Part shown: positions 33,524-42,543 of the stretch, in pieces
How positions within the stretch are numbered: position 1 is the stretch's first letter
How the letters are laid out: every line of letters starts with the position of its first letter
Source of the DNA: Candidatus Eiseniibacteriota bacterium
GTDB lineage: Bacteria; Eisenbacteria; RBG-16-71-46; SZUA-252
Assembly: GCA_963724515.1 (NCBI GenBank)
Contig: CAVRUU010000003.1
Coordinates: 450,724-514,723, forward strand
Direction: 5' to 3'
DNA: 64,000 bases
The notes under the pieces: model-generated
The model's input: the letters and a program-made list of their open reading frames with translations, nothing else
The model's database searches: none
What the model was told of the DNA's origin: nothing
Made by a program: the position numbers and the translations under genes

Positions 33524-35629
33524 TCACTTTGCTTTCGCCATGGCGGGCTCCGCCGCGGCGGCCTCCCTCGCGGGCTTCGGCGCCGGCTCCGGGCTCAGGT
33601 GCCGGACGAACCACTCGCGGATGAAGTGGAGGCGCGCGACCCTGCGCGAGGGCGTGCCCCCACGCGAGAGCCCGTGGCTCTCCCCCGGGAAGAGGACCAT
33701 CTCCACGTCGCGACGCAGCAGCTTGAGCGACGTATAGAGCTGCTCGGCCTCTTCCACCGGGCACCGGTGGTCTTCCAGGCTGTGCAGGATGAGAAGCGGG
33801 GTCTTGATGTTCTCCACGTACGTGATGGGCGACATGCGGCGGTAGTCCGGAGAGTCTCTCCAGGGCTGGTCGCCGAACTCGGGCACGGCGTCGTCGCTGA
33901 AGTCGCCCGCGAGGAGAAGCGTCTTGAGATCCACGACGCTTCGCTGCGTGGCGGCCGCCTTGAAGCGGTTCGTGTGACCCACAATCCAGTTGGTCATGTA
34001 GCCGCCGTACGAGCCGCCCGTGACCCCGAGCCTCGCGGGGTCGATCTCGGGGTAACGACGGAGCGCCTCGTCCGTGACGCGCATGAGGTCCTCGTAGTCG
34101 GGGCCTCCCCAGTCCACGACGATCGCCCGCGCGAACGCCTCTCCGTATCCCTGGGCGCCGCGCGGGTTCGAGAAGAGGACGTAGAACCCGGCGCTCGCGA
34201 GCATCTGGAATTCATGGAAGAAGCAGGCTCCGTACTGGATTCGCGGGCCGCCGTGGATCTCGAGCACCATCGGGTATTTCTTCCGGGCGGGATCGGCGTT
34301 CGGAGGCTTGAGCATCCAGCACTGGACGCGGTGGCCTTCCGGCATGTCCACCCAGAACTCCTCGGGCGCTCCGACGGCGAGAGTCTCGAAGAGCTTCGCG
34401 GTCGGGCGCGCGAGGGGCGTGATCGCACCGGTGGCGGGGTCGAGGCGCGCGACCGTCCCCGCGTCGGTGTGATCGCACCGGATGACCGCGAGATCCTTGG
34501 CGCCGGCGGAACCGGTCACGGCCAGGAGCGCGAGCGCTCCGGACGTGACGCTACGCGGCGTGCCCCCCTTCGGGGACACCGCGTAGAGGTGGGTCGAGCC
34601 CTGATCGCTGAGGAGGTAGTAGAGCGTTCCTCCGTCGGCGGACCAGACCGGCGGCACCGCGTCGTGGAAATCGCGCAGGTCCGTGCCCATGAGGTCCAGC
34701 GCCGAGCGATCGAAGTCGGGGGTCAGGTTGCGTGCCGGACCGCCCTGCGCCGGCACGATCCAGACGTGGAAGTTCTTCACGCCCCAGGCGTCGGTCTCGT
34801 CATCGTTCCCCAGAAAGGCGATCTCCTTCCCGTCCGGAGACCAGGCCGGCGCGAATGCCGTCCCGGGCTGAGGGGTCAGGTTCCGCGGCTCGCCCCCCGT
34901 CGCGGGTATGAGCCAGAGATCGCACACCGTCGCGTGATAGTCGGCGTCTGGGAGCCGGTTCGCCGGAACGACGAGCCACTTGCCGTCCGGCGACCACACG
35001 GCGGTCCCGTGGTCCCACGCTCCGCTCGTGAGCGGGCGCGCTTCGCGGGTCGTGACGTCGAGCACGTGGACCTGAAACCGGGATTCCGGCAGGAAGCCCT
35101 GGCCGTCTTCCTTGTAATGGAGCCGCGTGAGATGCATGAAGGTCGGAGGCTTCCGGTCCTTCTTCTCGTCCTTCGCCTCGGCCGCGTGCTTCGCCGCGAT
35201 CGAGCCGGGAAGATGCCCGGTCTCGGGCGGATCGTTCGCGCGATGGCAGAACGAGATCTTGGAACCGTCGGAGGACCACGCGAGCCCGCCGATCTTGCCG
35301 TCGAGATCTGTCAGCCGCTCGGCTTCCCCGCCTTCCAGCGAGAGTCGATAGATCTGCGCCTTCGTCTCGCGCCGGTCCGAGACGAACGCGATCGATTTCC
35401 CGTCCGGGTGCCAGACGGCGCTTCCGTTCTTGTGCTCTCCGAACGTGAGGCGGCGGGGCTCCCCCCCCGCGAGCGGGACGAGCCAGAGGTGCGACTGGTA
35501 ACCGTCCTCTTCGGGATCGATGGTCCGGACCTGGTAGACGACGCGCGTGCCGTCGGGTGAGAGCGCGACGGCATCCACGAATTGGAGCTGGAGGAGGCTT
35601 TCTGGCGTAACCGGTTTTCGCTCGGGCAT
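33524..35629 (-). CDS. S9 family serine peptidase (prolyl oligopeptidase / acylaminoacyl-peptidase type) with N-terminal beta-propeller
   Basis: 701-aa intact ORF. Repeated SPDG(T/K) propeller blades. Catalytic GGSYGGYM (Ser), later D and H contexts (LLILHSLEDHRCP ... PGESHG). Confidence 0.85.
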   Translation of the reverse strand: MPERKPVTPESLLQLQFVDAVALSPDGTRVVYQVRTIDPEEDGYQSHLWLVPLAGGEPRRLTFGEHKNGSAVWHPDGKSIAFVSDRRETKAQIYRLSLEGGEAERLTDLDGKIGGLAWSSDGSKISFCHRANDPPETGHLPGSIAAKHAAEAKDEKKDRKPPTFMHLTRLHYKEDGQGFLPESRFQVHVLDVTTREARPLTSGAWDHGTAVWSPDGKWLVVPANRLPDADYHATVCDLWLIPATGGEPRNLTPQPGTAFAPAWSPDGKEIAFLGNDDETDAWGVKNFHVWIVPAQGGPARNLTPDFDRSALDLMGTDLRDFHDAVPPVWSADGGTLYYLLSDQGSTHLYAVSPKGGTPRSVTSGALALLAVTGSAGAKDLAVIRCDHTDAGTVARLDPATGAITPLARPTAKLFETLAVGAPEEFWVDMPEGHRVQCWMLKPPNADPARKKYPMVLEIHGGPRIQYGACFFHEFQMLASAGFYVLFSNPRGAQGYGEAFARAIVVDWGGPDYEDLMRVTDEALRRYPEIDPARLGVTGGSYGGYMTNWIVGHTNRFKAAATQRSVVDLKTLLLAGDFSDDAVPEFGDQPWRDSPDYRRMSPITYVENIKTPLLILHSLEDHRCPVEEAEQLYTSLKLLRRDVEMVLFPGESHGLSRGGTPSRRVARLHFIREWFVRHLSPEPAPKPAREAAAAEPAMAKAK

Positions 35630-35642
35630 GATCGTCTCCGAT

Positions 35643-36704
35643 CTATTTGATACCGCTCTTGAATCGGTTGATCTGGTCTTTCAGGTACTGGTCGCTCGGG
35701 GAGTAGGAGAGCGCCAAGGTCTCCACCTCGATCGCCTTGGCCGCGTTTCCGCTACGGTAGTGGACCTCCGCGAGCGTGTCGAGTATCTCCGCGTTCTTCG
35801 GCTCGAGTGCCGCGGCCCGCTCGGCCGCCTTCAGCGCCTCCTCGAGATGGACGCCGTTGGTGGCGCAGATCCAGGCGAGCCCGTTCAGCGTGGACGCGTC
35901 GACGTCTTTCCGCGCGAGCGCATGCGCCATCGATTCCGCGACGCGCTCGCGCTCGAGCCGCGCCAGGTCCTTCTTCCCCGCCTTCTCGTAGTACTGGGCG
36001 TAGCGGATGTGGGCCTCCGCCAGACGCTGCCCCTCGAGGAGCCGGTAGACTCGGATCAGCTCGTTGATCGGGTCCTTGTGATCCTCCACCCGAAGATCCA
36101 CGTAACGCGTGCGGTACTCGGGATACTGCTCGCTGGGGCGCACGACGACGATCGCGGCGGACTCCATCCCCCTCTTGTCTCCTCCCGCCGCTTGCCCCGC
36201 GACGAGCGCCGCGAGGAGCCGCTCGGCAAGCTCCCCTCCGGTGTCGAGGAATGCCCGCTCCATTCCCTTCACGACTGCCTCGCCCGCGAGGATGTTCCCC
36301 TGGATCGCGTACCCCGGCCCGGTCACGCCTCCAGCCCAGTCGGAGCAGAGCTTTCCCGTGAAATTGGCGCTCCGGCCGCGAGCGTCCACCACCCCGAGCT
36401 GCCGGTGCGCGTTTCCCGAATCCGCGTCGAGCAGGGCGCGCATCACCTCCGGCGCCGGCTTCCCGGCGCGGAGCATCGCGAGTCCCGCGGGACCGAATGT
36501 CTCGTTCGTCGATGCCTGGGTGGCGATCGCGCCCACGCCCGCTTCGGCCCACGGCACCGCCATTCCGACACTGAAGGCCCGGGATTGGACCGCGATGCCC
36601 AGCTCCTGCGTCGCCGAGTCGTACGCGGCGATCGAGAACGTGGCGAAGGCCGGAGTGGCGGCGGCGAGGAACGTGACGGCTGCGGCGAGGACGAGCGCTT
36701 TCAT
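35643..36704 (-). CDS. Secreted DUF1028 (Ntn-hydrolase fold) - TPR fusion protein, copy 2
   Basis: Starts MKALVLAAAVTFLAAATPAFA|TFSIAAYD. DUF1028 core (GIAVQSRAFSVG, WAEAGVGAIATQA, GNILAGEAVV, AAGGDKRGMESAAIVV). The C-terminal ~120 aa are TPR-like. ATG 36704 overlaps the copy-1 stop (ATGA). Confidence 0.65.
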   Translation of the reverse strand: MKALVLAAAVTFLAAATPAFATFSIAAYDSATQELGIAVQSRAFSVGMAVPWAEAGVGAIATQASTNETFGPAGLAMLRAGKPAPEVMRALLDADSGNAHRQLGVVDARGRSANFTGKLCSDWAGGVTGPGYAIQGNILAGEAVVKGMERAFLDTGGELAERLLAALVAGQAAGGDKRGMESAAIVVVRPSEQYPEYRTRYVDLRVEDHKDPINELIRVYRLLEGQRLAEAHIRYAQYYEKAGKKDLARLERERVAESMAHALARKDVDASTLNGLAWICATNGVHLEEALKAAERAAALEPKNAEILDTLAEVHYRSGNAAKAIEVETLALSYSPSDQYLKDQINRFKSGIK

Positions 36705-37807
36705 TGCTGCGTCCCTCCCGCGCCCTTGCGGAAGCGCTCGATCTGGTCTTTCAGATACTGGCTCTTCGGATCGATGGTCGCTGCGCGCGACTCGACCTCG
36801 ATCGCCTTGGTCGTGTTCCCCTGGCGGAAGTAGAGCTCCGCGAGCGTGTCCAGGATGTCCACGTTCCGCGGCTCGAGCGAAACGGCCCGCTCGGCAGCCT
36901 TCAGCGCGCCCTCGAGGTAGAGGTCGTGCGTCGCGCACGCCCACGCGAGCCCGTTCAGCATCGAGGCGTCGCGTTCCTTCCGAGACAGCGCGCGGCGCAG
37001 GATCTCCGCCACGCGCTCGCGCTCCCGGGCCGCCAGATCCGTTCGTCCCTCGGCCTCGTACACCTCCGCGTAGTGGAAGTGGTTGTCCGCGCCGTGGAAG
37101 CCTTCCTGAATCTCGAGCAGCCGCCGCAGCTCCTTGATCGGGGTCTTGTGGTCCTCGACCCTGAGATCGAGGTAGCGCTGCGTGAACTGCGGACGCGTCG
37201 CGCTGGGCCGAACCACGAGGATCGCGGCGGATTGCATGCCCCGCTTGTCCCCGCCTGCCGCCTGCGCGGCGTCCAGCGCCGCGAGGAGCCGCTCCGCCAT
37301 CTCGCCCTGCGTCTCGCGATACGCCTTCGCCATCCCGGCGACCACCGCGGGGCCCGCGAGGATGTTTCCCTGGCAGGCGAAGTCGGCGCCCTTCTCTCCC
37401 CCCGCCCAGTCGAGGCATTTGCTGCCGGTCCAGTTGGCCACCCCTCCTTGGGCATCCGCGATCCCGAGCTGGCGTGAATCCCACACGGAGTCGGTCGCGG
37501 CCAGGGCGCGAAGCACATCGGGCGCGGTGAGTCCCGTGCGCAGCAGACCGAGCGCCTTGAGCCCGAACGAAGGGTCCACCCGCGCCTGGGTCGCGACGGC
37601 GCCCACGCCCGCCTCGGCCCAGGGGACGTCGGTGCCCACGCTGAAATACTTGGACTGCACGGCGACCCCCAGCTCGTGCGTGACCGAATCGAACGCCACG
37701 ATCGAGAACGTGCCGCGGTCGGAGGAGGCGAAGGCGGGTGTGGCGAGGAGTACGAGCCAGGCAGAGACAGCCAGAACTACCCAGCGGCGAAGCCTGATTT
37801 CAGCCAT
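36701..37807 (-). CDS. Secreted DUF1028 (Ntn-hydrolase fold) - TPR fusion protein, copy 1
   Basis: Starts MAEIRLRRWVVLAVSAWLVLLATPAFASSDRGTFSIVAFD. Same core and TPR tail as copy 2, roughly 55-60 percent identical by eye. The track ORF extension to 38002 is rejected. Confidence 0.65.
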   Translation of the reverse strand: MAEIRLRRWVVLAVSAWLVLLATPAFASSDRGTFSIVAFDSVTHELGVAVQSKYFSVGTDVPWAEAGVGAVATQARVDPSFGLKALGLLRTGLTAPDVLRALAATDSVWDSRQLGIADAQGGVANWTGSKCLDWAGGEKGADFACQGNILAGPAVVAGMAKAYRETQGEMAERLLAALDAAQAAGGDKRGMQSAAILVVRPSATRPQFTQRYLDLRVEDHKTPIKELRRLLEIQEGFHGADNHFHYAEVYEAEGRTDLAARERERVAEILRRALSRKERDASMLNGLAWACATHDLYLEGALKAAERAVSLEPRNVDILDTLAELYFRQGNTTKAIEVESRAATIDPKSQYLKDQIERFRKGAGGTQQ

Positions 37808-37900
37808 GGCGCGAGTTTCCCCGAATTTGCCCTTGCGGTCAACGTCGCTCGGGAGGATTCTCGGGAATACACTCGCCGGGCCGGGCGTAGGAAGGGCACC

Positions 37901-38794
37901 ATGAGTGTCGATCCCGTGAAACCCCGGTCCCCCCTCGATCCGCGCTACTACCAGATCGCCGTTCTGTCCGGCCTCCTCGTCTACGGCCTGGGCTGGCTCC
38001 ACTTCGACATCACGCCCGGCCGGGCCGCGCTCCTCCTGGGCACCTCGCTCCTCACGCAGTACGTCTGCACGAGACTCTGGCGGCTTCCCAAGTTCGATCC
38101 GAAGAGCGCTTTGATCTCCGGGCTCTCCCTATGCCTCCTGTGTCGGACGAACCTCGCGGCGGTGGCCGTCCTGGCCGCCGTCATCACGATCTCGAGCAAG
38201 TTCATCGTGAGGTGGAAGGGAAAGCACATCTTCAACCCCACCAACTTCGGCCTCGTGTTCCTGATGCTGGTCGGAGCGCCCCTGTGGGTCTCCCCGGGCC
38301 AGTGGGGCAGCGTCGCCTACTTCGGATTCCTGATGGCATGCCTCGGCGGTCTTGTCGTGAACCGGGCTGCCAGGAGCGATGTGACCTACGCGTTCCTGAT
38401 CTCCTTCGCGGCGCTCCAGTTCGGACGGGCCTTCTGGGCCATGCAGCGCTGGGAGGTCCCCATCCATAGAATGGAGAGCGGCGCGCTCCTGCTGTTCGCC
38501 TTCTTCATGATCTCCGATCCCAAGACGACGCCGAATTCACGCGCCGGCAGAATTCTCTTCGCCTGTCTCGTGACCGCGTTTGCCGGATTCATCCAGTTCG
38601 GCCTCTACCGTACGAATGGGATTCTATGGTCGCTCGCGATCTGGTCGATGGCCGTGCCGCTGATCGACCGGCTCCTGCCCGGGCTACGCTACGAATGGAG
38701 TCGTGTGAGATCGAAACCCCAACCCAAAGGAGTACCCGATGAAGCGGTTCCTGCTCACAGGCAGCCTGCTCTGGATCGCCCTGTCCTGGGCTGA
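37901..38794 (+). CDS. RnfD/NqrB-family-like polytopic membrane protein (orphan, no other rnf/nqr genes)
   Basis: Starts MSVDPVKPRSPLDPRYYQIAVLSGLL (GGAAGGG upstream of ATG 37901). About 8 TM segments. Family motifs KHIFNPTNFGLVFL and FFMISDPKTTP. I see no SGAT-type FMN attachment motif. The 3' end overlaps the next gene by 56 nt. Confidence 0.55.
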   Translation: MSVDPVKPRSPLDPRYYQIAVLSGLLVYGLGWLHFDITPGRAALLLGTSLLTQYVCTRLWRLPKFDPKSALISGLSLCLLCRTNLAAVAVLAAVITISSKFIVRWKGKHIFNPTNFGLVFLMLVGAPLWVSPGQWGSVAYFGFLMACLGGLVVNRAARSDVTYAFLISFAALQFGRAFWAMQRWEVPIHRMESGALLLFAFFMISDPKTTPNSRAGRILFACLVTAFAGFIQFGLYRTNGILWSLAIWSMAVPLIDRLLPGLRYEWSRVRSKPQPKGVPDEAVPAHRQPALDRPVLG

Positions 38795-40085
38795 TCCGGC
38801 GTCATCCTTCTGCGGCTTCTACGTCGCGCGCGGCGAGGCGAAGCTCTTCAACCACGCGTCCAAGGTCGTGATGGTGCGCGACGGCGACCGCACCGTGCTG
38901 ACCATGGCGAACGACTACAGCGGTGAGCCCAAGGAATTCGCGTTGGTCGTGCCGGTGCCGACCGTGCTGGAGAAGAGCCAGATCCACGTGGGCGATCGCG
39001 CCGTGCTGGAGCACCTGGACGCTTACTCGGCTCCGCGGCTTGTGGAGTACTTCGATCCGGATCCGTGCCGGCAGTACGCTGAGGACATGAAGGCAGCGAA
39101 CGGCGCCGTGAGGATGAGGCTGTCCGCGCCCTCCTCGCAGGCAGCCCGCGATCGCTCCCTCGGCGTCACGATCGAAGCCCGCTACACGGTCGGGGAATAC
39201 GACATCCTCATCCTCTCGGCGAAGCAGAGCGGGGGCCTCGAGACCTGGCTCACCGAGAACGGGTACACCGTGCCGGCAGGCGCGCGGCGCGTCCTCGGCA
39301 GCTACCTGCGACAGGGCATGAAGTTCTTCGTCGCCAAGGTGAACCTGGGCGAGCAGAAGCGGCTGGGGTTCTCCTACCTCCGCCCGCTCCAGATGGCCTA
39401 CGAATCCCCCAAGTTCATGCTTCCGCTCCGGCTCGGGATGGTGAACGCGGACGGACCTCAGGAATTGTTCGTCTTCGCGATCACGAAGAACGGCCGCGTG
39501 GAGACGACCAACTACCGGACGGTCCGACTCCCCGAGGGCGTCGACATCCCCGAGTACGTGAAGGACGAATTCCCACGCTTTTACCGCGCGATGTTCACGC
39601 GGCAAGTCGAGAACGAGAATCGCGAGGCGGTCTTTCTCGAGTACGCGTGGAACATGAGCTGGTGCGATCCCTGCGCGGCCGATCCGCTGAATGCGGATGA
39701 ATTGCGAAGCCTCGGTGTGTTCTGGCTTGGCTCTCCGGGACCGCAAGGACCCGCGCCCGGCGGGCCGCAGAACACGTTCATCACCCGGCTCCATGTCCGC
39801 TACGACGCACGGCACTTCCCGGAGGACCTGGTCTTCCAGGAGACGGCCGACCAGAGCAATTTCCAGGCTCGCTACGTGCTGCGGCACCCCTGGAAGGGGG
39901 ACACGTCGTGCGAGGGGTACCGCGAATATCGCCGGACCGTCCGGGAGCGCCGCGCCAAGGAGGCCGAGACGCTGGCGTCGCTCACGGGATGGGACCTGGC
40001 CTCGATCCGGAGAAAGATGGGCGGGGGCTGGTCCGACGAACCGGACAAGCCGTCCCTCTGGTGGGAGCGCATCTGGAATAACTAA
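38739..40085 (+). CDS. Secreted DUF2330 domain protein, copy 1
   Basis: 448-aa ORF. Signal peptide MKRFLLTGSLLWIALSWA, then FCGFYVARGEAKLFN ... VVPVPTVL ... DPDPC ... YDILILSA ... FFVAKVNL ... WCDPC ... ITRLHVRYD ... WWERIW. This matches my recollection of the DUF2330 family (PF10092). Confidence 0.6.
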   Translation: MKRFLLTGSLLWIALSWADPASSFCGFYVARGEAKLFNHASKVVMVRDGDRTVLTMANDYSGEPKEFALVVPVPTVLEKSQIHVGDRAVLEHLDAYSAPRLVEYFDPDPCRQYAEDMKAANGAVRMRLSAPSSQAARDRSLGVTIEARYTVGEYDILILSAKQSGGLETWLTENGYTVPAGARRVLGSYLRQGMKFFVAKVNLGEQKRLGFSYLRPLQMAYESPKFMLPLRLGMVNADGPQELFVFAITKNGRVETTNYRTVRLPEGVDIPEYVKDEFPRFYRAMFTRQVENENREAVFLEYAWNMSWCDPCAADPLNADELRSLGVFWLGSPGPQGPAPGGPQNTFITRLHVRYDARHFPEDLVFQETADQSNFQARYVLRHPWKGDTSCEGYREYRRTVRERRAKEAETLASLTGWDLASIRRKMGGGWSDEPDKPSLWWERIWNN

Positions 40086-40232
40086 TTTCGGCTGGACACG
40101 GCCGGCGCTGGGTGTAGCGTTGTCGGGGTCGGCGCGAACCACTCCGCTCACACGGCGCCGGCGGTCCTCCGATCCCCCTCCCCCCTCCCTTGGAGCCCCC
40201 TCTCCGCCCGCTGGAATTGGGAGGCTCGTGTC

Positions 40233-41607
40233 ATGAATCGGAGCTGCTTCACGGATCGGATCCGTCTCGCCCTTGCCGGGGTCCTCACCCTTCTTCTGGT
40301 GTCGGTAGCCGCGCCCGAGGCGCCCGCGTTCTGCGGCTTCTACGTCGCCCAAGGCGACGCCAAGCTCTACAACCAATCCTCGAGGGTCGTGCTGGCGCGC
40401 GACGGCGACCGGACCGTGCTCACCATGGCGAGCGACTTTCAGGGCGACCCGAAAGAGTTCGCGGTGGTGATCCCGGTGCCGGTCGTGCTGAAGAAGGAGC
40501 AGGTCCATATCGCGGATCAAGGCATTGTGGACCGTCTGCAGGATTACTCGGTGCCGAGGCTGGTGGAGTACACGGATCCGAATCCGTGCCCGCAGCGGGC
40601 AACGGTCACTACTTCTGATGACTCGCGGTCGCTTCCGGTCGCTCACTACCGAGGCGCTGTCGCCCTCAAGGGCGAGGTCATCATCCAAGCCCGCTACAAG
40701 GTCGACGAGTACGACATCCTCATCCTGTCCGCCGACGAGGGAAAGGCGCTCGAACGCTGGCTGCTCGCCAACGGCTACCGCATCCCCGAGGGGGCCTCTC
40801 GAGTGCTGCAAAGCTACATCCGGCAGGGGATGTTCTTCTTCGTCGCCAAGGTGGACCTGAGCGAGCAGAAGCGACTGGGCTACACGTTCCTCCGCCCGAT
40901 CCAGGTGGCGTACGAGTCGCCGAAGTTCATGCTCCCGATACGGCTCGGCATGGTGAACGCCCAAGGGACCGCAAGAGATGTTCGTGTTCGCGCTGACCCG
41001 CGCGGGCCGCGTGGAGGCCACGAACTACCGGACCCTCCGTGTGCCGACGGATCTCGACGTTCCCGAATTCGTGAAGCCCGAATTCCCCGATTTCTACCGG
41101 CGAGTATTCACGAGGCTGCACGAGCGCGAGGGCGGCAATGCGGTCTTTCTCGAGTATTGCTGGAACATCGTCCCGAACCAGCCCTCGTGCGATCCGTGCA
41201 CCGCTCCCTATCTGAGACCTGAGGAGCTGCGCACGCTGGGGGCGTTCTGGATCTCCCCCAATTCGAGCCCGCCGAGTGTCGCCGTCCTGACGAGGCTCCA
41301 CCTACGCTACGACCGGGATCACTTCCCGGAGGATCTCGTGTTCCAGGTGACCGCGGACCGGGAAAACTGGCAGGCCCGCTACGTGCTCCATCATCCGTAC
41401 TCCGGAACGGACGAATGCCCCGAGCTGGCCGCGTATCACAAGACGGTCTGGGATCGGCGCCACAAGGAGGCCGAGAACTATTGCGATCTCACGGGAACGG
41501 CCATGGGTGATGCGCGCACGCGAATGGGGGTCACCGAGAACTGGTCCGTGCCGTACGAAACCGCTACCTGGTGGGAGCGGATCTGGAAAGTGATGGAGCG
41601 GAAATGA
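40233..41607 (+). CDS. Secreted DUF2330 domain protein, copy 2; one frame disruption
   Basis: Signal peptide, then FCGFYVAQGDAKLYN. Collinear with copy 1 through ORFs 40233..41222 and 40978..41607. The junction is at a GGG run 40965-40967 (LGMVNAQG|PQEMFVFALT after removing one G). Span length is 3n+1. Confidence 0.6.
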
Positions 41608-41626
41608 GCGGGATCCACACCAACGT

Positions 41627-42166
41627 CTAGGACCGCGTGGGCGCGGATCGTCTCCCCGCATCCCCCCTGATCCGCCCGACCGCGCGCAGCACCGTCATCA
41701 TGGCGTTCAGAACGAAGACGAGCGGGTTCAATCGTCTGTCGGCGTACAGTAGCAGGACGTAGGCCCAGCCGATCGGGTAGCCGCGGCGCGCCCGCCGCGC
41801 GAGGTCGCCGAGGCGCTCCCATCCCGTGTGGATCAGCTCCACCTCGGTGCCCCCTCCGGCGGCGACGAATCGCATCTCGATCTGCTGCGACGTCTCGGGC
41901 TTCATTCCGGGATGCCAGGTGAAATCGACGCGGCCGGGAGGCTCCCACCGGGTCACCGTGCCCCACGTGTGCTCTTCTCCCCCGCGGCCCACCTCGTAGA
42001 TCCGGCCGCCGACCCGGCCCTCGAATACGACGCGCTCGGCGTGCTCGCCGCAGACCGAATGGCTGCGGAGCGGCCACCAGTCCCCCATCTTCTCCGTGAA
42101 TCGCCGGAACGCGGCGTCGGGTGTCCAGGGAACGGTGATGGTCTTCCGGAGCGGAGAGAGCGTCAT
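41627..42166 (-). CDS. SRPBCC (AHSA1/START-like) domain protein
   Basis: Starts MTLSPLRKTITVPWTPDAAFRRFTEKMGDWWP (GGAGG upstream of ATG 42166). The typical ArsR-SRPBCC gene pair. It has a hydrophobic C-terminal tail. Confidence 0.65.
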   Translation of the reverse strand: MTLSPLRKTITVPWTPDAAFRRFTEKMGDWWPLRSHSVCGEHAERVVFEGRVGGRIYEVGRGGEEHTWGTVTRWEPPGRVDFTWHPGMKPETSQQIEMRFVAAGGGTEVELIHTGWERLGDLARRARRGYPIGWAYVLLLYADRRLNPLVFVLNAMMTVLRAVGRIRGDAGRRSAPTRS

Positions 42167-42179
42167 GGGTCCTCCCGGG

Positions 42180-42485
42180 TCACGCGCGCGGACGCCGCCT
42201 TCGACCGGCGTAGGCGTCGAGGACGTCATCCCAGTACGAGTCGAGATAGTCTCGAAGCGAGACGAGGCCCGCGAAGTCGACCGTGTAGATCCGCCGCGTA
42301 CCTTCCTGTCTGCTTCTCACCAACCGCGCCTTGCGGAGCACCGCCAGGTGCTGGGAGACGGCAGGCTGAGTGACGGCAACGGCCCGCGCCAGCTCTCCCA
42401 CCGCGCGCGGGCGGCGGCGCAGGCGCTCGAAGATGGCCCTGCGGGTCGGGTCCGCGAGGGCGCTGAGGGCAGTAGAATAAGCCAT
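42180..42485 (-). CDS. ArsR/SmtB family transcriptional regulator
   Basis: 101-aa ORF. ALADPTRRAIFERL ... VGELARAVAVTQPAVSQHLAVLRKARLV wHTH. Confidence 0.85.
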   Translation of the reverse strand: MAYSTALSALADPTRRAIFERLRRRPRAVGELARAVAVTQPAVSQHLAVLRKARLVRSRQEGTRRIYTVDFAGLVSLRDYLDSYWDDVLDAYAGRRRRPRA

Positions 42486-42543
42486 TACTTATATAAGTAT
42501 ACACGCATGGATAGCTGTGTCAAGAGCCGACCGCTGGCTCAGG

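Noticed and set aside
38739-40300. N-terminal Cys of the DUF2330 proteins as a lipoprotein lipobox
   Set aside because: The contexts SSFC and PAFC do not fit L-(A/S)-(G/A)-C, and better type I signal peptidase sites precede them.
38802-41021. 739-aa minus-strand ORF spanning both DUF2330 genes
   Set aside because: Antisense to two signal-peptide-bearing paralogs that align with each other. The antisense product also crosses the intergenic spacer, which real genes would not conserve.
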